A DNA stretch of 64,000 bases from a virus. Below are positions 26,961 to 36,434 of the stretch, one piece after another; position 1 is the stretch's first letter; each line of letters starts with the position of its first letter. The stretch spans positions 17,625-81,624 of IMG/VR virus record IMGVR_UViG_3300046791_000470; one strand, 5' to 3'. The notes under the pieces were generated by a model that was not told where the DNA came from, did no database searches, and worked only from the letters and a program-made list of their open reading frames with translations. The translations under genes were made by a program, and so were the position numbers.

Positions 26961-27523
26961 CAGCGCGGCGCTCCTCGCCGATCGCGATCGATCGGCGCGC
27001 GGGCGAGGGTGATCACCCACTCGGCGGTCTCGCTGCGCGCGAACGGCGCCGAGGCCGGCACGAACCGCCGGCGCTGCGTCTCGCGGCCCTGGCTGTCGAG
27101 GAACCGCACCTCGTAGAACACCACCTCGTCGGACGGGATCGGCGATCCGTCGGGGCCGCGGCCGAGGAGCACGTCCTCGCTGTACGTGAGCGAGATCTCC
27201 GAGAGCAAGATCGTCCCCATCTCGCGGAGCTGATCGGACGCCACCACCTCCTGCAGCCCGGTGAGGTCGCCCATCTTCGGCGTGGGGAGGATCGGCCACT
27301 CGTGGACCACGTCCGTGATGCCGTCGCCGCGGCGGCGCGCGCCGGCGGAGCGCACGCGGACGATCGCCACCGAGTAGGGTCGCAGCCCGGCGCGGGTCTT
27401 CATGTCGCGCGCGCGGTCCCACATCCGGTTGATCCGGCACGCCTTCGCCGCGGCTCGGCCCGCCGGCGTGAAGCGCTGGCAGCCCGTGCCCGAGCTGCAG
27501 CCGGTGCAGCCGCAGCCGCTCAC
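26960..27523 (-). CDS. Head-closure (stopper)-like protein
   Basis: Neck-region position; beta-rich composition. Confidence 0.6.
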   Translation of the reverse strand: MSGCGCTGCSSGTGCQRFTPAGRAAAKACRINRMWDRARDMKTRAGLRPYSVAIVRVRSAGARRRGDGITDVVHEWPILPTPKMGDLTGLQEVVASDQLREMGTILLSEISLTYSEDVLLGRGPDGSPIPSDEVVFYEVRFLDSQGRETQRRRFVPASAPFARSETAEWVITLARAPIDRDRRGAPR

Positions 27524-27526
27524 GAG

Positions 27527-27934
27527 CTATCGCCCGATCCGGATGTTGCCGACGCCGCCGCCCATGAGCGACTTGAACCGGGGCGCGAACGGGTAGGGCA
27601 TCACGCCGAGCATGTCGGCCAGGCGCTGCGCCCACCGCGCGTACTCGATCTCGAGGGCGTCGGGCTGGCCGAGGTTCATCTCCAGGTCAGCGACGCGCAC
27701 CGCGAACAGATCGCCGTGGGCCTGGAACAGCGCCTCGTCGATGCAGTCGAGCCGATCGAGCAGCTTCACCACGTCCGCCTCGGCGACGGCCATCACGCGC
27801 TCGATCGCGCTCTCGAGCATGTACTGCGTGGTGGTGAGCTGCGGCACCCCGAACGCGAAGGAGCTCGCGACGGTCACACCCATGTAGCCGAGGTGCTTCC
27901 GGGCGCGCTGCTTGTCGGCGTCGGAGATCGCCAT
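27527..27934 (-). CDS. Head-tail adaptor protein
   Basis: MAISDADKQRARKHLGY... helical protein downstream of the capsid gene. Confidence 0.7.
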   Translation of the reverse strand: MAISDADKQRARKHLGYMGVTVASSFAFGVPQLTTTQYMLESAIERVMAVAEADVVKLLDRLDCIDEALFQAHGDLFAVRVADLEMNLGQPDALEIEYARWAQRLADMLGVMPYPFAPRFKSLMGGGVGNIRIGR

Positions 27935-27937
27935 GGC

Positions 27938-28513
27938 TCAGACCTCGTCCGGCTCGAGCGCTTCGAGCTCCACGCCCTGATCCGCCATCGAGTCGACGGC
28001 GCCGGCGTTGTAGTGGCGCTGATCGATGATGGAGCCGGGGCGGAGGTTGCAGACCTGGCCGCCCACGGAGATCTGCTTGGTGGTCTGGTTGACCACGCGC
28101 CACTTCCCCGTCTGGCTCTCCGGGGCGCCCGGCGGGCGACGCTTGCCGGGCGCCGGCGGCGCGGGCGGCTGCAGCGGCACCGGCGGCGACGGCGCGATCG
28201 GGCGGGCGCCGATGCCCACGCTGATGTGCGGCTGGCTGACGAGCTTGAGGTGACCCCAGTGCAGCACGAGGCGCAGCTCCTCGGCGGTGTAGAGCGGCCC
28301 GAACGGCATCTGCGCCGTGGCCGCGAGCTGCAGCATCGCGTCCCGATCGAGCTTCGCGATCGGCGAGTCCTCGGGCACGCCACGGGGCAGATCGGACTGC
28401 ACGCGCCCGAGGAACTCGGCGGCCTGCGCGCGTGGATCGCCGGAGTCCAAGGGCGCGCCGTCGCCCTTGATCTTCGCCGCCTCGAGCGGGTCTTTAGCGG
28501 TGTTCTTCGCCAT
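27938..28513 (-). CDS. Hypothetical head-associated protein (Pro-rich linker)
   Basis: ATG at 28513, preceded by TTGTGC-17-CATCAT-7. Confidence 0.65.
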   Translation of the reverse strand: MAKNTAKDPLEAAKIKGDGAPLDSGDPRAQAAEFLGRVQSDLPRGVPEDSPIAKLDRDAMLQLAATAQMPFGPLYTAEELRLVLHWGHLKLVSQPHISVGIGARPIAPSPPVPLQPPAPPAPGKRRPPGAPESQTGKWRVVNQTTKQISVGGQVCNLRPGSIIDQRHYNAGAVDSMADQGVELEALEPDEV

Positions 28514-28636
28514 GCCGTCGATGATGCGTGGCGGCCAACGGAGGCACAACCCGACGTCCGGAACGGCGAAGGCCGCCACCTTGCGATGACGGCCTTCGAA
28601 CTCCATCCGCGCTGGGCGGCCGAGCTGGGGCGCTGA

Positions 28637-30043
28637 CTACTCGGTGAATTCCAAGACGCACGCGCGCTTGTAGACCGCGGAGTCCCCGGTCGCGCCGTCG
28701 GTGCGGACCGTGAAGTCGCCCTGGAACTTCCAGGTCTGCGCGACCCACTCCTGCAGGCGGTCCTGCGGAGCGCGCATCACGACGTGGATCCGCGCCACGT
28801 CCATCTCGATCCCGTTGTTGACGATGCGCGCGCCCGACTCCATCCGACCCGACACGCCGGCCTCGGTGATCATCTGGCCCTGGTTGAAGTAGTACTCCTT
28901 CAGGCACTCCGAGCCGATGATCAGCGCCCGGCGCACGCGCGCGCCGGCGGTGGTGCCGCCCACGTAGAGCTCGCCCGCGAACGGCTCGTCCTGCGTGAAG
29001 GTCGCCGTGGAGCCGCCCTCGACGTTCTCGACCACGGGGCACTCGTTGTTGCGCATCACGATGCAGCCGAGGATCCGCTTGATGACGAAGTCCTTGTAGG
29101 CCATGCCCTCGGGCAGCGACTCCTGCAGCCGCTGGAACTCGTTGTCCGAGTAGAGCTGCTTGATGCCCGTGGGATCGACGTGCATGTGGTAGCTGCCGTC
29201 GCCGAGCGGCATCACGTTGGTGCTCTGCAGCCGCGCCACGCCGTCGCGGATGTCGCTCAGGTGCAGGAGGTCCGTGCCGGCGGTCAGCGCGTCGACGCTG
29301 TTGCCGCCGCCCGCGCGCACGATGTACGTCCGCGAGGAGGCGTAGACCGGATCGCGGCTGGCGACCGTGATCGCCGTGTCGATCGTGAGCGAGCCCGGCC
29401 CGGTCTCGTCACCGGCGGTGTCCGGCGTGAAGCCGGTGACGTTGACGACGACGGCGCCGCCGACGGTGCGGACGACGGTGATCGGCAGCGGGTTGCTGGT
29501 CGAGACCGGCTCGTAGCGGACCGGCGATCCGGTGCTGAGATCCGGGCGCCGCGCGCGGGTGAAGCCGTTCAGCCGCTTGACCGGCAGCGTGGTGGCCGTG
29601 GTGATCGCCGCCGAGGCGACGGTCCAGCCGGCGACGCCCGCGTTGTACAGCGCGAGGCGCGTCAGGCGGTTCAGCGTCTGGCCGGCGTTGAGCCCCAAGG
29701 TCTTCAGATCCTCGGTGACCTTGTTGACCGGCGTGACCGTCGCGCTCGCGAGGTTCGTGTCGATCGTGTCGGCCCACTTGTGCATGACCGCGCGCCACTG
29801 CTCGAGGCGGTAGTCGCTCGGCGCGGGGTCCTGGCCCGGGGTGAGGGGCCGCAGCTTGGGCTTCATCAGGCCCTTGCCGGAGAAGAACTTCTCGTCCCCC
29901 TCGTTCGCGGCCCACTCCTCGTCGGCGGCCTCCGCGCGGAACTGCATGAGGGGGAAGAGGGCGTCGTGGAAAAAGCGGTCCAACGCCTTCTCCTGGACGA
30001 GCTGTCGCATCGCGGGGGTCTGGAGAATGACGCTGAAGTCCAT
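28637..30043 (-). CDS. Major capsid protein
   Basis: 468 aa downstream of the scaffold, AAAGGAG RBS. GSYHMHVDPTGIKQLYSD...RILGCIVMR...IHVVMRAPQDRL. Confidence 0.88.
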   Translation of the reverse strand: MDFSVILQTPAMRQLVQEKALDRFFHDALFPLMQFRAEAADEEWAANEGDEKFFSGKGLMKPKLRPLTPGQDPAPSDYRLEQWRAVMHKWADTIDTNLASATVTPVNKVTEDLKTLGLNAGQTLNRLTRLALYNAGVAGWTVASAAITTATTLPVKRLNGFTRARRPDLSTGSPVRYEPVSTSNPLPITVVRTVGGAVVVNVTGFTPDTAGDETGPGSLTIDTAITVASRDPVYASSRTYIVRAGGGNSVDALTAGTDLLHLSDIRDGVARLQSTNVMPLGDGSYHMHVDPTGIKQLYSDNEFQRLQESLPEGMAYKDFVIKRILGCIVMRNNECPVVENVEGGSTATFTQDEPFAGELYVGGTTAGARVRRALIIGSECLKEYYFNQGQMITEAGVSGRMESGARIVNNGIEMDVARIHVVMRAPQDRLQEWVAQTWKFQGDFTVRTDGATGDSAVYKRACVLEFTE

Positions 30044-30132
30044 GGTGTGTCGTAGCTCCTTTTACAAAACGCTACCGACGTGTCCGCCGGCTGCGCAAGG
30101 GCAGCCACACCAGCGCGAGCCCCGCGGGCGGG

Positions 30133-31089
30133 CTACGAGCGCATCGGGGGGCCGCCGCCGCGCGACGCCGACCCGATGTTCCGGTACCGCTCCTCGAGCT
30201 GCTGCGGCGTCAGGGTGCGTGCGTCGACGGCGGACGCGTCACCCGCGGCGCCGGCGACGGCGCTCGGCGCGGGGACCGGCGGTGCGCCGTTGCCGGCCGT
30301 TGCCGCCGCGGTCTGCGCCGGGACGACGGCCTCGCCGTAGAGGTACGGGCGCGCCTTGCGGAGATCGGCGGACCACGCGGCGAGATCGAACGCCTTGAGC
30401 GCGGCCTCGCCGGCGGGCGTCTTGTCGGCGGCGAGCTGGCCGAGGTGCTGCTGCAGGAGGTGCCACGAGAAGTCGAGCTCCTTGACGCCGGCGCGGATCA
30501 AGTCCTCGCGCATGCTCTGCTGCGCCTGGAACTGCGCGAGCTGCGCCTGGTAGGTGGCCGCCTGCGCCTCGGCGGCGATCCGCTGCTGATCGGCCGCGCT
30601 GGTCTTCTGGCGCATCTCCTCGCGGGCGGCGCGGAGCTTCTTGCGGACGGCGTCTGGGATGCGGCGATCGTCCTCGGGCGCTTCGCCGGGCGCGGGCGGG
30701 ACGACGGGCGGCGGCGCCGCTGCTGCGGCCGGCGGGATGGGTGCGGGCGGGACGTACGCGGGCGCGGGCGGAACGTACGGCGCCGGGGCAGGCGCGACCG
30801 GCGGCGGAGCGGCGGCGGCCGGAGCCGGAGCGGCGGGCGGGGTGGCGGCGGGCGCCGGCGGGGTGCCAGCGGCGGGGGTCGGGACGATCGGATCGGGCAT
30901 GAGGTTCTCCTTGGGGTCAGTATCGCTGCCACGCTCCGCTTCCTCCAAGGCGTCCAGCACGTCCTGGAGGGAGGTGAAGCCCAGCGCGAGCGCGCGCCGG
31001 TCCATGTCGCTTACCGGAGGACTGGCTACCTCCGGTCCGTTACCCGGGACCGGCTGTTCTTCTGGAGTGGGAGTGATCGGATCAGGCAT
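30133..31089 (-). CDS. Capsid scaffolding protein with two candidate starts (31089 and 30900)
   Basis: Pro/Ala-rich N-terminus and a coiled coil, directly upstream of the capsid gene. MPDPI(T/V)PTP occurs twice. Confidence 0.8.
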   Translation of the reverse strand: MPDPITPTPEEQPVPGNGPEVASPPVSDMDRRALALGFTSLQDVLDALEEAERGSDTDPKENLMPDPIVPTPAAGTPPAPAATPPAAPAPAAAAPPPVAPAPAPYVPPAPAYVPPAPIPPAAAAAPPPVVPPAPGEAPEDDRRIPDAVRKKLRAAREEMRQKTSAADQQRIAAEAQAATYQAQLAQFQAQQSMREDLIRAGVKELDFSWHLLQQHLGQLAADKTPAGEAALKAFDLAAWSADLRKARPYLYGEAVVPAQTAAATAGNGAPPVPAPSAVAGAAGDASAVDARTLTPQQLEERYRNIGSASRGGGPPMRS

Positions 31090-31123
31090 GGCCCGATCAT
31101 CCTCGGTCGCCGCCGGCCGGCGA

Positions 31124-31600
31124 TCAATCCTGACGCCGACGAGCCGCGCGCGTCGCAGTCACCTTCTCGACGAGCGAACTGGCCGCGTCGGATCTGCTTG
31201 GTGGCGCCGTCGTCGCGTCGGAGCCATCGAGCGCGCCGGATCTGTGGAGGTCTTTGGCCGCGTTCCTGAGCAGCGCGCCCACCGGCATGTCCAGCTTTGA
31301 ACGCACGCTCGCACCCGCCCGGATCAACTGCTCCTGGCTGAGCCCGGTCGCCTCGCGGATCTGCTTGTCAGTCTTCTTGGTCGCGAGCGCGACCATCATC
31401 TTGTGCTCGTCGGGGGTGAACTTGGACACGGGTCCGCCGGCGGCAGGCGCGGTGCGCTTCTCGCGGACCTTCGCGATCAGCGTGCGAGCCTTCGCGGAAC
31501 GCGCCGGCTTGTCGCCAGCGCCTCCGTCGGATCCGCCGCTGCCCTCGCCGAACTTGCCGTTCTCGGCGCGCGGATGCTTGCTCTCGTCCCAGTCACCCAT
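31124..31600 (-). CDS. WDESKHPR-motif protein with LuxR-like HTH domain
   Basis: MGDWDESKHPRAENGKF, then FTPDEHKMMVALATKKTDKQIREATGLSQEQLIRAGASVRSKL. Confidence 0.75.
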   Translation of the reverse strand: MGDWDESKHPRAENGKFGEGSGGSDGGAGDKPARSAKARTLIAKVREKRTAPAAGGPVSKFTPDEHKMMVALATKKTDKQIREATGLSQEQLIRAGASVRSKLDMPVGALLRNAAKDLHRSGALDGSDATTAPPSRSDAASSLVEKVTATRAARRRQD

Positions 31601-31663
31601 CGTGGACTCCGCTGTCGGGTTGGACCGGCAGCGCGGACCGCGGGCGCCGGTGAAGCTGCGAGA

Positions 31664-32125
31664 TCAGGCCGAGGGCGCGAACTCGGCGTCCCACTGCGTC
31701 GTCGACAGCACGCGCGGGATGTACTCGATCACGAACGCGGTCACGTCCGTGGACAGGAACGTGATCGTCTTGCCGTCGTCGGACAGCTTCGCGAGCCCCA
31801 CCACCGTGCTGTTCAGCGGGTTGAGCCCGGTGCCGCTGGCGTCGGTGATCGCGTACGAGCCGGTCGCGTCCGTGCCCGTGGTTTCGGCGGTCACGCGGAG
31901 CGAGGTGACGGTCAGCGCCGCGAGGCGGTTGGTGTTCGCCGCCCCGGTGGTCTCGCCGGTGCCGTCGATCGTGGTCAGGTCGAACTCCCCGGCGGCGGTG
32001 AGCCCGGTGAACGTCCGCTTGAGCGGGTACAGCGTGGTCCCGAGCAGCGTCTTGTGGAGCGCGTCGGGAACATCGTTCGGGTTGGCGTCGTCGAGAACGG
32101 AGCGGACGGTGCGGGGAGTCGTCAT
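31664..32125 (-). CDS. Thr-rich beta protein, possible head decoration protein
   Basis: AGGAGG RBS 9 nt before ATG 32125; head-gene cluster. Confidence 0.6.
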   Translation of the reverse strand: MTTPRTVRSVLDDANPNDVPDALHKTLLGTTLYPLKRTFTGLTAAGEFDLTTIDGTGETTGAANTNRLAALTVTSLRVTAETTGTDATGSYAITDASGTGLNPLNSTVVGLAKLSDDGKTITFLSTDVTAFVIEYIPRVLSTTQWDAEFAPSA

Positions 32126-32129
32126 CGGA

Positions 32130-32486
32130 TCATGCCTCCTGGCCAAGGGTGAGAGTCACCGTCGCGCTCTGGCCAGCAACGCGAACGAGGGAGAGCGCCG
32201 TGATCGGCGTCGCCCTGGAAACAAGCAGGAGGAGATCGTCGACGGGGATGTCCTTGTCGGTCCCGTCGGCGCTGGTGATGCGCGCGGTGATCTTGGTGTC
32301 GCTCTCGATCACCAGCACGTTGATGCCCGTCCATCCGTCGAGGTTCACGACCACGGCGGAGTCGCTCGTCAGGGGAATCACGCGCCGCTCGGCCGCGCGG
32401 GCGAGCGCGACGCGCAGATCGATCACGCGCGCCACGCCGGCGGCGGGCAGCTCCGTGATCGTCCCCTCGATGGCAAGCGTCGACAT
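32130..32486 (-). CDS. Small beta-rich head-region protein
   Basis: Coupled ORF within the head module. Confidence 0.65.
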   Translation of the reverse strand: MSTLAIEGTITELPAAGVARVIDLRVALARAAERRVIPLTSDSAVVVNLDGWTGINVLVIESDTKITARITSADGTDKDIPVDDLLLLVSRATPITALSLVRVAGQSATVTLTLGQEA

Positions 32487-32492
32487 CGGGGC

Positions 32493-32882
32493 TCAGTCTT
32501 CGTCGCCGCTGACCATCTTGGCGTGCTCGCCGGCCGCGGCCTCGAGCCCCTCGCAGAGCGCCTCGCACTCCTCGTCGAGGGTGGTCAGCATCTCGGCGGC
32601 CTTCGCGATCGTCTTCTCGGACTTCGGATCGACGGTCTCCGCCATCTCGGCGAAGGCGCTCAGATCGTCGAACGCCGCGCGGGCGGCGGCGAGCGCCTCC
32701 TTCGCCTTCGCGGCGAGCTCGGCGAGCTGCTCGGGCTCCGACTTCGCGGGCTCCGCGCCCGGTGCGCCGCCCGGCGCTGGGGGCGCCGGCGGTCCGCCAC
32801 GATCCACGGGGTTCGGCGGCGAGCCCGGGTAGGCGGTCGGGTTGGCGGCGATCGCGCGCAGCGTGCTCGGGTCGTAGGCCAT
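32493..32882 (-). CDS. Acidic helical hypothetical protein
   Basis: ATG 32882 preceded by TTGCAG-18-TACCAT-6. Confidence 0.65.
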   Translation of the reverse strand: MAYDPSTLRAIAANPTAYPGSPPNPVDRGGPPAPPAPGGAPGAEPAKSEPEQLAELAAKAKEALAAARAAFDDLSAFAEMAETVDPKSEKTIAKAAEMLTTLDEECEALCEGLEAAAGEHAKMVSGDED

Positions 32883-32920
32883 GAGCGGATGGTAGGCGCG
32901 GCGCGCGCGCTGCTGCAACC

Positions 32921-33898
32921 TCACCCCGCGCGGCGGCGCTGGCGCTGGCCGGTCATCTCCTCCACCAGCTTCTCGGTGGCGGGTGTGCGCCGACCCTCCA
33001 GCCAGATCCAGCCTGGCACGCCCCAGTGCGCGCGCCACGGCATGAGCACGCTGCGATCATTCGGACGGTTCGGAGGGTGGCTCCACGACTGCCCGGCGAG
33101 CCCGGCCGCCACGTCCTCGCCGTCGGGCGCGGCCGGCGGCTGCGTGAACATCCCGCCGGGCGGCGTCACCTGGCCGTGCATCGCCTCGGAGTCGACGCCC
33201 ACGCGATCGTCCAGCGCCTGGCCGTCGTCGCTCACGTGCTCGGTCCAGCGCATCCAGAGATCGCCGTCGAGTTCCTCGCTCTGCGCCTCGATGGCCTCGC
33301 GGGTGCTCGCGCTCGTGCTGTACGCCAGCTCGGTTCGCACGATGCGCTCGCCCTGCCACCACTCCATCTCGCCGGTCGCCGTGATCCGGTCGATCGCCTG
33401 CGTCGTGGTCTCGCCGGCGGCGATGGACGCGCCGAGCGCCTGCTCCATGCGGCCGACCATCCGCGTCCCGTACCGAGCGATCGAGATCTCGTGGGCGGTG
33501 AGCAAGCTGGAGGTCTGCCCCTTCACCAGGCCGTTGAGCCGCGCCGTCTCGAGGAGCGGCAGCGGGACGAGCGCGCCGGTGAACTGGCGCTCGAGCCGGG
33601 CCACGGCCTCGAGCGAGGCGCGCGCGCCGGCGAGCGCCGTCTGGAACGCGGCCTCGTTGAGCGCGCCGGCGGCCGGGTGCTGGATGGTGGCGAGCCCGAG
33701 CTTGATCTGCGCGAGCATCCCGCGGAGCTGCACGTCCGAGAACGAGCCGGCGGCGCTCACGCCGAGCTTGCGGGTGACCTCGGCGAGCATGTCCTCGTAG
33801 AGCTTCTTGATCGGCGCGATGCCGTTCTGCCGGACGAGGCGCGCGAGCTGGCGCTGCTGGTCCAGCACGAAGGCTCGGTAGGTGTCAGGCAGCGCCAT
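32921..33898 (-). CDS. Minor head protein, MuF/SPP1 gp7-like
   Basis: GERIVRTELAY...DLWMRWTEH...DRVGVDSEAMHGQV...HPPNRPNDRSVLMPW. Confidence 0.85.
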   Translation of the reverse strand: MALPDTYRAFVLDQQRQLARLVRQNGIAPIKKLYEDMLAEVTRKLGVSAAGSFSDVQLRGMLAQIKLGLATIQHPAAGALNEAAFQTALAGARASLEAVARLERQFTGALVPLPLLETARLNGLVKGQTSSLLTAHEISIARYGTRMVGRMEQALGASIAAGETTTQAIDRITATGEMEWWQGERIVRTELAYSTSASTREAIEAQSEELDGDLWMRWTEHVSDDGQALDDRVGVDSEAMHGQVTPPGGMFTQPPAAPDGEDVAAGLAGQSWSHPPNRPNDRSVLMPWRAHWGVPGWIWLEGRRTPATEKLVEEMTGQRQRRRAG

Positions 33899-33934
33899 CG
33901 GCGGGGCCACGATCGCACGCGGCGGCGGCGCGGG

Positions 33935-34165
33935 CTACGCGCGGCGCTTCGGTCGGATCTCGTCCAGCGCCGCCTTCATCTCCTTCGCCTCGTCCTTCGT
34001 GATCGCGGCGAGGTAGGCGGCGAGGTACACGTCCATCTCGCTCGGGCTCACTCCGCCGCTGGCCACGGCGCTCGCGCGGGCACGCTCCTCGGCGGTCCGC
34101 AACCGCTCGGCCGCGGCGTCGAGCCGACGGATCGCGGCCTCGAGCCGGGCGCGGGCGGCGGTCAC
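33935..34165 (-). CDS. Small coiled-coil hypothetical protein
   Basis: GTGA-coupled. Confidence 0.55.
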   Translation of the reverse strand: MTAARARLEAAIRRLDAAAERLRTAEERARASAVASGGVSPSEMDVYLAAYLAAITKDEAKEMKAALDEIRPKRRA

Positions 34166-34473
34166 GCGGACCTCTTGGCGCGACGCGGGCGGAACATATC
34201 GGCGAGCGCGGCCACGCCGGCGCGGGCGATCGCGATGTCGGCGCCGAGCCGGCCGGCGATGAACGCGTACCGCTCGAACGCGCCCACCGCGGACTCGTCG
34301 GCGGCAGCCGCGGCGCGCTTCTCGGCGGTCGCGAGCCGCTCGTCGATCCTCGCCAGCTCCTCGAGCGCCATCGTGCGGAGGCTCATCCTCGGCACGCGCG
34401 GCTTGCGCACCGGCGCCGCGATCGCGCGCTCCCACGGGCCGTCGATGCCGTCCTCGTCGGTGAGGCGCGCCAT
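34162..34473 (-). CDS. Hypothetical protein
   Basis: GAAGGGAG RBS, ATG 34473. Confidence 0.6.
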   Translation of the reverse strand: MARLTDEDGIDGPWERAIAAPVRKPRVPRMSLRTMALEELARIDERLATAEKRAAAAADESAVGAFERYAFIAGRLGADIAIARAGVAALADMFRPRRAKRSA

Positions 34474-34475
34474 GA

Positions 34476-34901
34476 CTACGCTCCCTTCAGGTGACGCGCC
34501 CCGACACAGACGGTGTGCGGCGGAGCAGTCGGATCGAGAACGAGATGATCGGCGCACGCCAGCGACACGCGTCCGGAGCCATCCAGCCACACGATTCGAT
34601 GCGTGGCTGCGGAGCCACACCGCGGGCCAGTCGGGACGTCGCGCTCCACGTCGTGGTCAGGGTGCCAGTCGCATGTCAGATCGGGCTCCACCGTCGCCAT
34701 GACCGTGAGCCCGAGACCCGCAATCGCGACCACGCGGTAGCCGAGCGCCTCGAGCTGCGCCTGCGCGCTCTCGAGCGGGGCGAAGTCGTCGGGCACCTCG
34801 TCCGGCGCGACCGCGATCCGCGCCAGCTCCTCGGCGGTCCATGCTCGGCCCTGCTCGGTCACGTGGAGGGTGATGGCCGGCGGCGCGTCGGGTGTCTGCA
34901 T
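34476..34901 (-). CDS. Hypothetical protein with C-terminal Cys/His cluster
   Basis: ATG 34901 lies 6 nt after the -10 of a boxed promoter. Confidence 0.65.
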   Translation of the reverse strand: MQTPDAPPAITLHVTEQGRAWTAEELARIAVAPDEVPDDFAPLESAQAQLEALGYRVVAIAGLGLTVMATVEPDLTCDWHPDHDVERDVPTGPRCGSAATHRIVWLDGSGRVSLACADHLVLDPTAPPHTVCVGARHLKGA

Positions 34902-34936
34902 GCCGTGAGTGTGCACATTCACGTGCACATCGTCAA
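34902..34936 (-). promoter_or_regulatory. Boxed promoter TTGACG-ATGTGCACGTGAATGTG-CACACT
   Basis: -35 at 34936..34931, 17-nt spacer, two TGTGCAC boxes 12 bp apart. Confidence 0.75.
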
Positions 34937-34950
34937 GCACGCGGCATGCG

Positions 34951-35349
34951 TCAGACGATGAGACCGGGCACGGACACGAGCGGCTTCTCGGCGCCCGGGG
35001 AGCGCATGATGTCCACGATCGCGTACGACGGCCCCCGCGCGGCGGCGCGCTCGGCGGCGGGCGAGCAGAGCCGGCACGCGTGCACGCGGCTGTACATGAT
35101 CGCCATCCCCGTCGCGAGCTTCACCGGCTTGATCATCCCGAGCCGGATGCCCTCCTCCACCGCGATCCGCTCGCTCGGGTTCATGTCCACGATCCGGATG
35201 AACACCTGGATCCGGATCGACACGTGCGGGCTCTTGCAGCCGTCGCAGGCGGCGCCGTGGAACGCGAGCTTGGCGTGGAGCTCCTCGGCGGTGGCGCGCC
35301 CGCCGAACAGCTTCTCGCGATGGATGATCGGGGTCGAAGCGTTGCCCAT
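34951..35349 (-). CDS. Zinc-finger hypothetical protein (CxxC...CxxC)
   Basis: CDGC and CRLC motifs. Confidence 0.7.
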   Translation of the reverse strand: MGNASTPIIHREKLFGGRATAEELHAKLAFHGAACDGCKSPHVSIRIQVFIRIVDMNPSERIAVEEGIRLGMIKPVKLATGMAIMYSRVHACRLCSPAAERAAARGPSYAIVDIMRSPGAEKPLVSVPGLIV

Positions 35350-35388
35350 GGCCGATCATGCTCAGCGGCGGGCTGCGGAGGCGCAAGG

Positions 35389-35658
35389 CTACGAGCTGCG
35401 AGCTCCGGCCTCCGCCATGGCCCTCGCCACCCGCGCGGTCACGCGCCCGGCGCCGCAGCACCACTCGCAGTGCCCGTTGGCATCACGACCGCTGGCCGGG
35501 CACGGACACGGGACCAGGAACGCGACGCATGGACCATGCGAGTGCGCCCCGCCTGGCACCTTGGCGTTCCAGATCTTCTCGACGAGTTGCATCACCCGGC
35601 CGTAACCGATGCGCTCGCCGAGATCGCGCACCGCTCGCTCCTCGTCGTTCGAACTCAT
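35389..35658 (-). CDS. Small Cys-rich protein
   Basis: ATGA-coupled to the MTase; CPC...CEWCCG. Confidence 0.65.
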   Translation of the reverse strand: MSSNDEERAVRDLGERIGYGRVMQLVEKIWNAKVPGGAHSHGPCVAFLVPCPCPASGRDANGHCEWCCGAGRVTARVARAMAEAGARSS

Positions 35659-36434
35659 ACGCTCTCCTGGCGCAGCCTCACCACGACGGTCTCGACGCCA
35701 GTGCCGCTCTCCTTGAACGAGCCCGAGGGCAGCGGCCGGATCCCGCCGCGCTCCTCGCACCACTCGCGGAACTCGAGGTAGCGCCGATCGCGGCGGAACG
35801 TGACCGAGGCCGGCAGCACGCTCACCAGGATACCGCCCTCGACGAGCATGCCGAACGCGTGGCGCACGTGGTCCAGGTGATCGCCGAGGCCGACGCGGCA
35901 GAACGGCGGGTTCATGACCACGCGGTCGAAGCCGCCCGTGGCGGGGTACGTCATGAAGTCCTCGCACTGCCCGACGTGCAGGGCTCCGCGGTGCCCCATG
36001 GCGCCGGCGCGATCGCTCAGGCTCTGCCGTCGCGCGGCGTCGCGCTCGACCGCGTACACCTGCACGTCGCCGATCTCGAGCACCGCGTCCACGATCCGGC
36101 CGGTGCCAGCGCTCGGCTCAAGCACGTGCTGCTTGGGACGCACGTCGGCCATCTCGACGAGCCGGCGCGCCAGCGGCGCGGGCGTTGGGAAGTGCCCAAC
36201 GTCCTGGCCGGTCTCCACCTCGCCGGTGGTGATCGCGATCTCGATGCGCGCGCGGGCGTCCGAGTCGAACACGTGCGCCTTCGCGCTGCGGTTCCACTTC
36301 CCGCCGAGTGCCTCGAGCACCTTGTTGACGCGCGCGTACGTCGCGCGGTCGAGCTGCTCGGCGATTCGCACGGAGGTCGCGCTCGGATACTCGAGCATCG
36401 AGAGGAACGAGAGCACCTGAGGATCAATGCGCAT
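35655..36434 (-). CDS. SAM-dependent amino-methyltransferase (NPPF), probable N6-adenine DNA MTase
   Basis: HFPTP...VLEPSAGTGRI (motif I)...VVMNPPF (motif IV)...LPSGSFKESGT. Confidence 0.85.
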   Translation of the reverse strand: MRIDPQVLSFLSMLEYPSATSVRIAEQLDRATYARVNKVLEALGGKWNRSAKAHVFDSDARARIEIAITTGEVETGQDVGHFPTPAPLARRLVEMADVRPKQHVLEPSAGTGRIVDAVLEIGDVQVYAVERDAARRQSLSDRAGAMGHRGALHVGQCEDFMTYPATGGFDRVVMNPPFCRVGLGDHLDHVRHAFGMLVEGGILVSVLPASVTFRRDRRYLEFREWCEERGGIRPLPSGSFKESGTGVETVVVRLRQESV

